A DNA stretch of 64,000 nt, taken from positions 1 to 64,000 of the forward strand of contig NIVC01003957.1 of the NCBI GenBank assembly GCA_002269645.1, written 5' to 3'. The stretch comes from Macrostomum lignano (Eukaryota). This document shows positions 35,193 to 48,372 of this stretch, piece by piece (positions within the stretch are counted from its first letter, which is position 1; each line of letters starts with the position of its first letter). The position numbers and the translations under genes were made by a program. The notes beneath the pieces were generated by a model, which was given only the letters and a program-made list of their open reading frames with translations, did no database searches and was not told the DNA's origin.

Positions 35193-35791
35193 TACGAGGG
35201 GTATCCGGAAAGTTCAGACACTTTTAATCTCAGAGCAAAAACAGTAGCAGCTGCAAGCACAACTTTGATGTCAATTTAAAGCGGCACATCTACTTTTCTT
35301 TCCAATGAATTCAGTCGCGTGAATTTTGATTAGTTCATTCAAAAGTTGTGTGTGAAAACCATTGTAATGCAACTGATAGTGTTACAGTAATAGGTGAGGT
35401 ACATAACTTAGTTTTTTATGGATCTTGTTTGCTCTAATGTACAGTGCATCCCTCTCTTACCGTCCACCATTTCTGTGTTGAGTATTTCATACACTCCGTC
35501 ACTTGTAAGCAAATCTCACTGTTTTGCACCTTGCGAAATTTTGCTTAGTCAAGTGTTTTCATTTTGTGATTATTGACACCATAATGTGTGCAATCGAAAG
35601 AAGTCCAAAGGAATGGGAAAAGTGTGTTGCTACAGTTGGAGACCATGTTGGGAAGGCTGCTTTGAATTCATTCATTTTTCATTGGAAGGAAGAGATGTGC
35701 CGCTTTAAAATGGCACCAAAGTTGTGCTTGCAGCTGATACTGTTTTTGCTCTGGGATTCAAAGTGTCAGAACTTTTCGGACACCCCTCGTA
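35193..35791. mobile_element. Mariner-derived MITE (~595 bp)
   Basis: TA-cgaggggtatccggaaagttc...gaacttttcggacacccctcg-TA; inverted similarity extends ~110 bp inward. Confidence 0.85.
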
Positions 35792-36175
35792 CATAAATTC
35801 AGTAAATAAAGCCACAAAAACTGAAAATTTATCTAACAAATATGAGCCCAACGCTCATGAAAAATTTCTAATCAAAATGATACTCTTGTGCTGTAGCATT
35901 TATTGTTTTCCATTTAGAAAATATTTGCAACAAAATATCTATATACTCGTAGTAAAAATGCAATTAAAAGCAAGAATATATCTTACAAATTAGTAATACA
36001 ATTGGACTAAACTCAGAGTAAATAGGTGAACAAACACGAAATTAGCTACAAAATTAGGAAATTCTTAGATTTACAAATAAATACTTGCTAAATAATCATC
36101 ACTCCAGATACAGAACATACTACTAAATATCTATCCGGTTAGTAATAAGACAGTTTCAATAATCTCTCTCGACAA

Positions 36176-37026
36176 TCATGGACGAAGCAATACAATCTCG
36201 ATGACGCGAAGTCCTCTCTCGCTGGGATCGATCATGCTGAGATTGCGCGGCCCAAATACAGTGCGATTGTACTCTTCCACTAGGCGGCTGACCGAGCGCA
36301 GGCACTTCGTTGTCGAGTTCACAGGTATGGGCTTCAGGTTATATTGAGAAGCGTTACAAAAGGGAAGGAGATGGACAGTGGACTCAGACACAAGATGGGT
36401 GGTGGGCTCAAAGACACAAGGAGATGGACAGTGGACTCAAAAGATACACTGAAGATGGACAGGGGACTCAAAGACAGGAGATGGAGGGTGGGCTCAAAAG
36501 ACACAAGGAGATGGACGGTGGACTCAAAAGACACAAAGAGATGGATGGTGGACTCAAAAGAGAAAAGTAGATGGACAGTGGACTCAAGATACACTGAAGA
36601 TGGACAGGCGACTCAAAAGACACACGGGAGATATATAGTGTACTCAAGGCACAAGATTGTTGGGGATAATATAGACAAGAAAATGAAAAAGACACAAGGG
36701 CAGTGAACTCAAAGATCAGCAAACGCTTGTACCTTTTCGTATTGCGTCTCCATGCAGATGTATGCCAAGTAGCCAGTCAGACAGGCAAAGCAGCTCTCCA
36801 GATAGACACTGGCCGAGCCAGTCTCAGCAGCAATCAGTAGCTGGTTAATGTTGCCAATGACAGCAGTGAACACTTCCTCTGGTATTCTGCCCTGCAATTT
36901 AGCTGGCAGTTCAGTTGAGAAGCGCAACTCAGTACCATGGCTATAGTCACGGGGTACAAAGGCTTTGTTGGCTGGAGGCAAGATTGTGGCACTAGAGCTA
37001 TTTGGTAGTGGCTTTGATGAGCTCAT
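36176..37026 (-). CDS. GOLGA7: Golgin subfamily A member 7 / GCP16 (Erf4-like)
   Basis: Exons 37026-36733 and 36304-36176. Motifs: KAFVPRDYSHGTELRFSTELP, INQLL..AE, YLESCFACLTGYLAYICMETQYEK and DPSERGLRVIEI. Confidence 0.9.
36355..36640. repeat. Intronic purine-rich degenerate tandem repeat (~30-bp unit)
   Basis: Recurrent gagatggacagtggactcaaaagacacaa in the GOLGA7 intron. Confidence 0.8.
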
Positions 37027-40000
37027 CTTAGCTTAACATAGCATTGAAAATTGTTGCATGCAATGAGTAAAAATTCTGAGTGTATCTTCTTCAGGTTTTT
37101 GTCAAAATTATATAAAATGCTATCATACCTGAACCCTTCTTCATAATTGAAAATTATAGGCAAAGCTAATAGAAAGGTTGTTTACTAATCTAAAAGTAAT
37201 ATATTCTTAGATTCTGCAATAAATAACTTAATTATAGAGTTAAAGTATTAATACTAGTCTATTATATACAATTAATAATATTGGCCTCTTGAAAAAAGAG
37301 TCAGAGAGCAAAATGATTTTTTAATAAAAAAATGCTAATTAATTTTGATATTTCAAAACTTGAATGCATACTAATACAGCATCTATATTAAACAAAATTT
37401 AAAATTGTCACTATAAACCATCTTAGATACAATAATATGCCTAAGCAAGAGTTGGAAAACCTTATGCCATTTGTAATTTAATCAGCTGAAGTCAATCACT
37501 TTACCAATGCTTTAGGATAATAGCTTTCAATATTTGTAACTTTATATGCTAATGTTTTAAATATTATATATGAGGAAGGCCCCTCTCGTTTTATGTAAAA
37601 ATTCAATTGCTAGTACGCATTTCAAACTCGCGCTAAAACTAAGAATGACATTTTGTTTTACTATTTGTGTTTTCCAAAATATTTTCACAATTTATTTTTT
37701 GTTAAAACTAGACCTAAAAATTGGTATAAATAGAAGCGAATTTCGCTGAAAGAGGAGCAACCGGTTTGGTCTCATTTCATGACTTGCTCTTGCACCTTAA
37801 GTGGTAACATAGTTAAGAAGTGTTTCAAGTAAATATTGAAAAGTATTTTCCGAGTTTTTCATTTGCAGAAGTAAGAGTGAAGTAGATGGAAGTGTGTACC
37901 ATATATACTACTAGGAAGGAAAGTATTGAGTAGTAAGAGAATTACAAAGTAGATCTAGATCGATATATGTAAGAATAACCAGAGGCTGTGACCCTCTGAT
38001 CTCAGTAACACCTAGGACTTGGAAAGTACATGCAATATGTATACCAGTAAAGCCAATATACCGCTCAAGCCAAATCATTAGAACACTACTAGGAACATTA
38101 TAAATGCTACCAGAATAATAGAGGAGAGATACTTGTAAGGACTGAATAATATACTCAGACATATTCTAAGAAACAATATTACTAGACTTATTCTAAGATT
38201 AATAAACTCATAATTTATTAATAGAATAGTCTTGGTGACAGCTACCAACATTAAGACATTTAATAATAACCCCCCAACTTGGTGGCATTGTGGAATCATT
38301 TATAAAGACAGAAATTAAGCCCTGTAACAACTTAGTGACAGCTAGGGAATCATTTGTAGAGACAGAAGAATCATGCCTTTGACAACTTGGTGGCAGCTTT
38401 AGGATATTTAATAAATAGGAATTAGACAAGTAGCCCTGTTACAGTTGGTGGCTAACTGGTGAGATTCTGTATTATATAGGAACACCACTTCAACAACTTG
38501 CTTGCAGCAGTGGGATAATTTCAGTGAGAGCAACCACCCCTACAACAACTTTGGTGGCATTAATAGGATTTCTAGAGAGAGCTAAAAGGCCTGTTACATA
38601 TAATATGAATTAATTTGATATTATACTTTTATATCATAATTTATGATAATGCTTTGTGTAGGAAAATTTCTCTCTTAGAAATACATTTGAGTTTAATTTC
38701 TAATATGGATAGTATAAAGCAAAATATTGAATAAAAATGATAAGATAATGAGCTATTTAGGTACATGCAGACAGCAATTTTTTCCTATGCAAACAATGCA
38801 ATATCCTGATTGCAATGGCTTATATCGCACAATATAAGCAAAGATATGCAGTTTATTAATATAGGCTTAGATAAAGTTAAGTTAATTATAAGAAAAAGTC
38901 AACTAGGCCTTAGTCTATAACAAATAAAAAATATTCATCATATTATACATACAAAATATTATTCTAAATTCCTTTAAACTGGAAGTTTATGAAATATTGG
39001 AGACTAGACACAACAATGATTGCAAAATTGCTTGCATGGTCAATAAAGCCTAAACAAACATGCATCATTTAGCAATTAGCATATCTAAATAAAACAAACT
39101 GATAGCAATTGATAACAAAAGGCATGTCCAGCAGCAGATAGAACAACTGGATTTGGGTTAGAATAGGCCTATACTCTTACTTTTTTTATTTGTAAATTTT
39201 AAATAATCTTGTTAATACTAATACTAATAGGTTGATTAAATATTCGAAACAAAAAAAATTTAAAGCGTAAAGTCCTAATAGATTTTTCAAAAGTCCAGTG
39301 ACAAATAGAAAAAAAAATTACTTAATAAAAACATTTCCGTTTTTCGCAAGCATCTGCCGCCGCTATAGACTTCGCGGTCGCCACGCAGTTTGAATTTAAA
39401 AACGTACAGTAGGTAACGTAAAACAATTTGATCAATTACAGGAATTTTAAATCGATCAAACTAAGTGAGCAGTTTCTAATGAAATAATATATATATGTGA
39501 AGCGTAGATCAGTAAATCTTTATGAAATTTACTGATTTTGGACTAAAAAATTTCAGTCCAGCGACCACCGTCTTACCAACAAATTCGCAAAACTCAAATG
39601 TGGAATTCGACAGACAAACTGTAAGTGTATGCAGGTCTAGTTAGTAGACACTGCCATTAAAATTCCCTCTTTAAGGCGTGTGAAATTGCGAAAAATCTTA
39701 GAATTGTATTATCATAAAACATGCGCAATAGGCGACTAAATTTGGTATATTTTTCTCAGAAATCGTACCTCAAGAAGTTATAAAAGATGGAAGAGTGGGA
39801 CCATGATTGAATTGGAATTCACGGGTGTGACTATTGAAACCAAACCGGAGTCTAAAGAGATTAGTCGAGTTATTGAAATTAGAAATTAATGAATACAGTA
39901 GTTTTGCATTCGGTGGCATGCATTACGATAGAATAAGCAAACTAAATATAAATTACTTAAATCCTTATTAGGCAAACCGGTTTCTCTAAAAGCGTGTATA

Positions 40001-40112
40001 TATGAATCTAAACTAGGCTTCATTCATACATAATAATCCATACTGAGACACCGACACCAAACTTAAGCCAGTTAAGAGTGCGTATTTCAAGTTCATTATA
40101 CTCGTAATTGAT

Positions 40113-43100
40113 TTAGCTCTGATCGAGATCGCCCTGCAGGCGGTGGTATTCCCGCAGGCGGAGCGCGTTAATCCGAATGAAGCCTTCAGCGTCCCGAGGC
40201 TCATAGTTGCCCTGCACGTCCATGCTGACCAGCTCCTGGTTGTACAGACTGAACTCCGAGTCTCTGGCGGTCACGTGCACTCCGCCCTTGAATAGAGACA
40301 GCTGCACGGTGCCGGAGACACGCTCTTGGGATCTGGTGAGCGAATAGCGGGAGAGAATCTAAGGAAACAGTCTTATATTGATTGTTACGAGCGGAACGGA
40401 ATATTTAGGAAGATCTGATAACAAAAACTAAAGATTAGTCGCAGAAAGGATTGAATGTTTTTGACAGTCTATAGCCTAACGCCTGCCTTGTTACTCTGGG
40501 AGTCTGTCAGTTCAATTCACCAATCAGTTTGGTCCCTCTGCGAGTTAGTCAAATTACTCTTGACTAGTAGAGTGTGCCGGGTCTTTGTAAGTCTGTCATT
40601 TTGTTCCACTAATACTTTGGTCACTACACTAACCATGATCACTCCACTAACTCATAGGTCACCTCTACAAACTCTTTGGTCACTTCACAAACTCTTTAGT
40701 CACTCCACAAACTCTTTTGGTCACTCTAAAAACTCTTTGGTCCCCCCACTAACTCTTTGGTCACTCTACTAACTCTTTGGTCACTCCACAAACTCTTTGG
40801 TCCCCCCACTAACTCTTTGGTCACTCCACAAACTCTTTGGTCCCCCCACTAACTCTTTGGTCACTCTACTAACTCTTTGGTCACTCCACAAACTCTTTGG
40901 TCCCCCCACTAACTCTTTGGTCACTCCACAAACTCTTTGGTCCCCCCACTAACTCTTTGGTCACTCCACTAACTCTTTGGTCACTCCACAAACTCTTTGG
41001 TCCCCCCACTAACTCTTTGGTCACTCTACTAACTCTTTGGTCACTCCACAAACTCTTTGGTCCCCCCACTAACTCTTTGGTCACTCCACAAACTCTTTGG
41101 TCCCCCACTAACTCTTTGGTCACTCTACTAACTCTTTGGTCACTCCACAAACTCTTTGGTCCCCCACTAACTCTTTGGTCACTCCACAAACTCTTTGGTC
41201 CCCCACTAACTCTTTGGTCACTCCACTAACTCTTTGGTCACTCCACAAACTCTTTGGTCCCCCCACTAACTCTTTGGTCACTCTACTAACTCTTTGGTCA
41301 CTCCACAAACTCTTTGGTCCCCCCACTAACTCTTTGGTCACTCCATAAACTCTTTGGTCCCCCCACTAACTCTTTGGTCACTCTACTAACTCTTTGGTCA
41401 CTCCACAAACTCTTTGGTCCCCCCACTAACTCTTTGGTCACTCCACTAACTCTTTGGTCACTCCACAAACTCTTTGGTCCCCCCACTAACTCTTTGGTCA
41501 CTCCACAAACTCTTTGGTCCCCCCACTAACTCTTTGGTCACTCTACTAACTCTTTGGTCACTCCACAAACTCTTTGGTCCCCCCACTAACTCTTTGGTCA
41601 CTCTACTAACTCTTTGGTCCCCCCACTAACTCTTTGGTCACTCCACAAACTCTTTGGTCCCCCCACTAACTCTTTGGTCACTCTACTAACTCTTTGGTCA
41701 CTCCACAAACTCTTTGGTCACTCCACAAACTCTTTGGTCACTCTACTAACTCTTTGGTCACTCCACAAACTCTTTGGTCCCTCCACAAACTCTTTGGTCA
41801 CTCCATAAACTCTTTGGTCACTCCACAAACTCTTTGGTCACTCCACAAACTCTTTGGTCACTCCACTAACTCTTTGGTCACTCCACAAACTCTTTGGTCA
41901 CTCCATAAACTCTTTGGTCACTCCATAAACTCTTTGGTCACTCCACAAACTCTTTGGTCACTCCATAAACTCTTTGGTCACCCCACTAACTCTTTGGTCA
42001 CTCCACTAACTCTTTGGTCACTCCACAAACTCTTTGGTCACTCCATAAACTCTTTGGTCACCCCACTAAATCTTTGGTCACTCTACTAATCTTTTGGTCA
42101 TTTATATACTAAAAATTTACAAAATGACTAAATTTACTATTAGAAAAACTTTTTTCTGCAGCTATTACAAAAATTTAAAGGATTGCTTTTAAAAAATGAA
42201 AGATTCATAAACTTTACTTTACGTTAAAAAGGAATTTATAGTTCAAGTTGATTAACGAATGAAAAATATAGTTTGAAATTACGATAGTCCAATTATGCCA
42301 ATTGAAGTAAAGTAATACAACCCCCCCCGATCCACCTACCGCTTGATGCAGTCGCGCAGGAATTTACACTCGGGTGAGAACCAGAAGCCTCTGTAGACCT
42401 GCTCGCCAAAGTCCAACGCCAGCCGTTGCTTGATGCGTCGCAGCTCGCGGTCCATCGTCAGCACCTCGATGTCGATGTGAGCCTGGCGCAGGATTGTACC
42501 AGCGGGGGTCTCGTAGACTCCGCGACTCTTCATGCCGATGAACCGGTTCTCCACGATGTCAACACGGCCGATGCCATGCTCGCCGCTGCAACGAGCCATT
42601 TCGGTTGAGGCTTTGGTCACTCAGCCGGGCAATTTGGTCACTCTACCTAGCTGTTTGGTCACTCTACCTGGCTGTTTGGTCACTCTACCGGGCTGTTTGG
42701 TCACTCTACCGGGCTGTTTGGTCACTCTACCTGGCTGTTTGGTCACTAGCTGGCTGTTTGGTCACTCTACCTGGCTGTTTGGTCACTAGCTGGCTGTTTG
42801 GTCACTAGCTGGCTGTTTGGTCACTAGCTGGCTGTTTGGTCACTCTACCTGGCTGTTTGGTCACTAGCTGGCTGTTTGGTCACTAGCTGGCTGTTTGGTC
42901 ACTAGCTGGCTGTTTGGTCACTCTACCTGGCTGTTTGGTCACTAGCTGGCTGTTTGGTCACTAGCTGGCTGTTTGGTCACTAGCTGGCTGTTTGGTCACT
43001 AGCTGGCTGTTTGGTCACTCTACCTGGCTGTTTGGTCACTAGCTGGCTGTTTGGTCACTCTACCTGGCTGTTTGGTCACTCTACCTGGCTGTTTGGTCAC

Positions 43101-45358
43101 TAGCTGGCTGTTTGGTCACTCTACCTGGCTGTTTGGTCACTCTACCTGGCTGTTTGGTCCCTAGCTGGCTGTTTGGTCACTAGCTGGCTGTTTGGTTACT
43201 AGCTGGCTGTTTGGTTACTAGCTGGCTGTTTGGTCACTAGCTGGCTGTTTGGTTACTAGCTGGCTGTTTGGTCACTAGCTTTCTGTTTAGTCATTCTACT
43301 GGGCCAATTTACTCTGTGTGGCTCTGCTTACGATGGGAGTCTGTTTGCCTCTCATCTGTATCAGCAAGCCTTTCCAAGTACAATTCTGCACAAAGAAACA
43401 AAGCCACGAACCCAATCTTGTTCAAGTAGGTGTACAGCTCCAGACTGCCTGTGATCTCCTCTCCCGTAGTCAGGTTTGTCACCTTCACCGGGATACCCTG
43501 CTCGAAGCGGATGGAAATCCTGGCGGCCTGATCGGGCGCCTCAGCTGGGCTCTTCGTCATCGTGCAGAGGTCCTGCGGCGCCTCCACCTTCGGGTCCTCC
43601 AGAATTCCCGACTCGTAGCTGGTCAGGTCAGGGTTTGGTGCGAGTTGCGGCTTATTTCTGACTGAATATTCTCTCCGGTCTTTCTCGGCTCTCTCCCTTA
43701 CTTAACCTCTCCTTTCTCTCCCCTGTCTCTCTTCCTCTCCCGTCTCTCTTCCTCTCCCGTCTCCTTCTATCCCGTCTCCCTTCCTCCCTGTCTGCCTCTC
43801 TCGTCTCTCCCTCTCCCGTCTCCCCTGTCTCCCTCTCCCCGTCTCCCTCTCTCCCGTCTACCCCTCTCCCCAGTGGGTCGCTTTCACAAGCGCTAATTTT
43901 TATAACCGCTAACGACATTGACTTTCACAAGCGCTAAATTTCACAAGCGTAGCTAATGTGAAGTTTAGCGCTTGTGAAAGTAGGTGAGTTAGCGCTTATG
44001 AAAATTAGCGCTTGTGAGGCCTCCCCTCCCCAGTCCCCAGTCTCCCTCTCTCCCTGTCCCTCTCTCCCTGTCCCTCTTCTCCCCTGTCTCTCTCTCTGTC
44101 CTTTATCTTCCCTTCTCCCTTGTCTTTTCCCCGCCTCTCCCCCATCCCCCTTCTGTGGCTCCCGGGCAGACCCGTGGCGCACCTGATATGCATGAGGTTG
44201 CCGTCCATGCTCCATGGCGACTTAGGCGTCACCGGCAGCGGGATATTGTGCGCCTTGGCGTACTCGAACAGCGCCTGCCGGCCAGCGAATCTCTCGTAGA
44301 ACTCGGGCAGCCGCCAGGGCGACACGACTTCGACTTGAGGACACAGGGCGTAGCTGGCCAGCTCGAATCGGATCTGGTCGTTGCCTTTGCCTGTGGCGCC
44401 GTGGCTCACGTGGCTGGCGCCCTCCTCACTGGCCACCCGGATGATGCCGCTAGCGATGCAGGGCCGGGCCAGGGCTGTGCCGAGCAGATACCTGCAGAGG
44501 GCGGGGGCAGTTGCCTGCTGTCATGCTCGAAACTTACGAGCGCTAGTCAAGGACTGCTTAAGTCAGGGTTCGGCAGACTTTTTACATGTTCCTCACGGGC
44601 CAGGTGAAGAATCCAGCTCATGGCTGCGGGCTAGATGAGAGTGGAAAGGAGAGGGAATAGATGAGAGACGAGATAAGAGATAAGAAAGAAGATAAGAGGA
44701 GAGAAGACGAGATAAGAGATAAGAAAGAAGATAAGAGGAGAGAAGACGAGATAAGAGATAAGAAAGAAGATAAGAGGAGAGAAGACGAGATAAGAGATAA
44801 GAAAGAAGATAAGAGGAGAGAAGACGAGATAAGAGATAAGAAAGAAGATAAGAGGAGAGAAGACGAGATAAGAGATAAGAAAGAAGATAAGAGGAGAGAA
44901 GACGAGAGACGAGAGAATGGCGATAAGGGAGAGAGGAGAGGGGAAAGAGGAGAGGGGGAGAGGAGAGGGGAGAGAGGAGATAGCATACATACTACTTGCA
45001 TACTACTGTCTCTACCCTATATGTACGTAGCTCTAATATATTTGGCAGCGCAGAAATTTGGAATTATTATTTGCACTATTTCCTGCCCTCACCTATCCTC
45101 ATAGATGGCGTCAGCCTGCACGGCCGGGAAGATATAGTTATCAACGAAGTCCCTGCGCAGGTCCAGGCACACGTATTTGATAGCGCCCAGCGACAAAGCC
45201 TTCTGCTTGGCCGCCTCGAAATCGTCATCCTGGCCAACATCGGCCGTGAATGCGATCACATCGTAGCCTTGCTCGATCAGCCAAACTAGAATACACGACG
45301 TGTCCAATCCGCCGCTGTAGGCTAGAACAATCTTCTTCTTTGGCTGACTAGCGCTCAT
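40113..45358 (-). CDS. ASS1: Argininosuccinate synthase
   Basis: Exons 45358-45093, 44491-44183, 43618-43412, 42585-42340 and 40332-40113. Motifs: [89 protein letters not shown] and [13 protein letters not shown]. Confidence 0.97.
40660..42095. repeat. Intronic minisatellite: constant aactctttggtc plus a variable 7-8-mer (~20-bp units)
   Basis: Variants actccaca, cccccact, actctact, actccact and actccata are interspersed; ASS1 intron 4. Confidence 0.95.
42610..43285. repeat. Intronic minisatellite, 19/21-bp units (ctggctgtttggtcactag / ctggctgtttggtcactctac)
   Basis: Tandem copies; ASS1 intron 3. Confidence 0.95.
44660..44910. repeat. Intronic purine-rich tandem repeat, 39-bp unit
   Basis: agataagagataagaaagaagataagaggagagaagacg x~6; ASS1 intron 1. 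Confidence 0.95.
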
Positions 45359-48300
45359 TGTGATACTCTTATTGCTGTAGTAATAACAAGTTAATCTACG
45401 TCAGGTGAAAACTGGATTTTTGGGGCGCACTCTGTGAGTCACAAGAGCTAGGGGGCACTTTTATACCTCAGTAAGAAACTTCCAGGCCTCCGGTTCCAAC
45501 ACAAATACAATCTGTACATTTCTCTCACTCCCCAACCCCTCCCCGCTCTGCGCCAGGGTAAATTAAAGGGGGAATGGAGGGGTGGTGGGTGCAGCGATAA
45601 AAGAACGGAGTGAATGTACATTCCACCGGCCCAGTGTACAATCCGACCCGAACAAATCCAGTGGAATGGTCCAGTGAAAATTATAAAAAACCTTTTTAAA
45701 GCCATTGCAACAGCTGTCGAGTCTTCTTATTAAACACACAATAGATAATGTAGCACGTCTAGCAGCTCTGATTTCTAAAGTTACCGAGGTGAATGTATAA
45801 CAGTAGTACCAGATAGTACCAGATATACGCGCTCGTACCAAGGAATAGCAGGAGCAATTATTGAATAAATACTACGAGCTCGGTTCGGTGAAGTAGCAAT
45901 CCACGCAGACCTCTTTTATGTGCAGTTGTCATCATTGATTTTTTTAGTTGTCCCTGCAAGTTAAGCACCGGGTGTAGCAGCCACTAAAGCACATTTACCT
46001 GTATTGGGGGTCACTGAAGGACGATGGGTTATCCAAGGTTAACTTGGATAACGAAAAGTGGAAGCCAAAGAAACATAAAATTCAATCTGGCACCAAGCTA
46101 AGATTGTTTACATTAGAACATGCAAATGCGTCATTCAAAGTAAATAATTTGAAGAGCGACAGACACCCGATTGAACTTCGAGATTAAAACCCGCTGCCTA
46201 CCCCTAAGAATAATTAAAGTGCCTAACGAACCACGGCCTTAAAGAATGGCCGTTAGGGTGAATAGAGTTGAAATCGACCTGAAGAGTTTCGGAATTTTGA
46301 AAATTGCAGGCAATCAAAAACTTAAGCCACTTTGGCGTCTTCCCGCACACAAGTTTAATGCCGGCTAATGGTTATTGTAAATATTTCATAATCTCTCCAT
46401 AAGTAAATGGCGTATCCAACGATGCCCGATGGTAAACCAACCTCAATCCCAAATTTTCACAAACCAACCTTTGGCTTATGACGAGAAATAACGAAGTCAA
46501 AAGATGAATACAAACAAATCGCAACATAATTAAGTGAAATGAAATCCTATAGGTGACACCTTGAGACAGAAGAGCGCATCAAAAGAAAGCAACGACAGAC
46601 AATTTTAAAGGGTGCGCGATTTATTGATTCAATTTATTGACGGCTTAATAGTTTTGCAGCCTCTTCCCAGATGACGACCTCGACCTGCTTATTCGAAAGC
46701 AAATAATATACAGTTCATTTACACATCGACAGATTAACTACAGAGTCCGCGCCAATAGTGGGATTAATTATATATTTATATCTAATATCCAAACTAAAAG
46801 TTCACCACAGACTTGTCGCGAAATTAAAAGGCTTTGAGTTTTTTTAATTGATTAAGAACTTATTAACAAAGCTAATGTAGTAAAAATGGTTGAAAAGCTA
46901 AGCGGCGGGAGGTTGGCAGTAAGGACAGGGGAGCCAGCCAATGAAAGTGGCGCTAGGTGGGGTAGAGAATGAAAGCAATGTACATTACAGAATGTACACG
47001 CACTGTGTGAGCTTAAATTGGCCAATTGCAAAAGGTCAGGGTGGGATGTGGTGGGTGTATTTGCTTATCCGGAGCTAAAAATAGCAACACTAGAGTTAAT
47101 AATGTACGGTTCATGTACATTGTACATGTAGGGCGAATGGTTTCCGTTTTATGAAGATTACTAAAAATAATTAACCGACAGAATGCGACAAGTCTGTTAG
47201 TCAGAAGCCTCATTGAAACAATTTTACATTTTGCTCAATTATTATACTCGTATATCCGGCTCACATAGATGTGAACTTCATTCACTATTTCCCAATATAT
47301 AGTGAAATGAATTCAGTTCGACTGCTTTGATCCTAGCAATTCTTGAAGCTTCATAATTGGAGTAAAAATGAAGCTTAAAGGATGAAAAACCGCTTGAAAA
47401 GATCAAAATTAGCAAAGCCAAATTTAACGCTGTATTGATTTTGTCCGCTCAAAAACTCGACTATTCTTTAGACAGCTCAAGCCATTCCTAACTCCCCCCC
47501 CCCAAGGCGCTCAGCCGCACAGTTAACAATAATGAAAATAATAAATTGACAAAAAAGGTGCGCCGGTTAAAATGAAAAGCTAAAAAAAAACACGCACACA
47601 CAAAATCCCGCTAAGGACAGAAAGCAATAAGGGTACTTACATCAGTGAAGGAAAACCAAAGGAACACAATTAACTAATTTAGATTATATAGCACACACTG
47701 CAGATAAGCCCGCAGACTGAGCTGCTCCCGCTACAATCGGATAAAGACCAGTTACTGTATAAATAAGCACGTAAAATTTAATATATGTTCATTCAGTCTA
47801 TAGTGGGTGCATCGCGCATTTAGCAAAGTTGTATTCATTTTTTTCTAATTAGAAGCGGAGCACATTAGTGATAATAATAACAAATAAACAAATAAAAAGG
47901 AATAATACGACAGGAGCAGGATAAACTAGACACGGCTAAAGCGATCTCTCATACGCGAGTTTATTGTTTGATAAATAAACAAATTTTTAATCAAATTTTC
48001 GAGCTGAGGCTAAGGGAGGGCTTAGGTGCAATGTTATACACGCGGAGAGACAGCGGCACATGCTACTGTAAGTAGCCATACACTTTTTGCTCTATTCAAG
48101 AATTTCGGGACAATTTTCTCTCTGAAATAAAAACCTGAACAAACAAGAGGGGATTCGGGAGAGGGGGTAGCGGGGCCATTCTGGGACGAACAGGACAAGG
48201 TGCCGTCTATAACTTATTGCTTTGTTATCTGTTAGATTAGACCGAAGCGGAATACAGAGCTAAATAGACAGTCGCTTCGTGATTGGCTGAGGAGGGCAGG

Positions 48301-48372
48301 CGACGAAGGGGGCTCAGTCAGATGGACAGACAGTCTGACATGCTGGAGCTGGCAGGTTCGGACAGCCATTCC

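Noticed and set aside
40660-42095. Constant 12-bp motif alternating with variable 7-8-mers, superficially CRISPR-like
   Set aside because: The variable parts are too short and recur from a set of ~6 variants; there are no cas genes and it lies in a eukaryotic intron. It is a minisatellite variant-repeat pattern.
44618-45104. [13 protein letters not shown] / [12 protein letters not shown] repeat ORFs
   Set aside because: They are translations of the 39-bp intronic repeat in ASS1 intron 1.
28513-45358. Ammonium transporter and argininosuccinate synthase as a nitrogen-metabolism gene cluster
   Set aside because: They are convergently oriented and separated by the unrelated GOLGA7, with no shared promoter; chance linkage is sufficient without synteny data.
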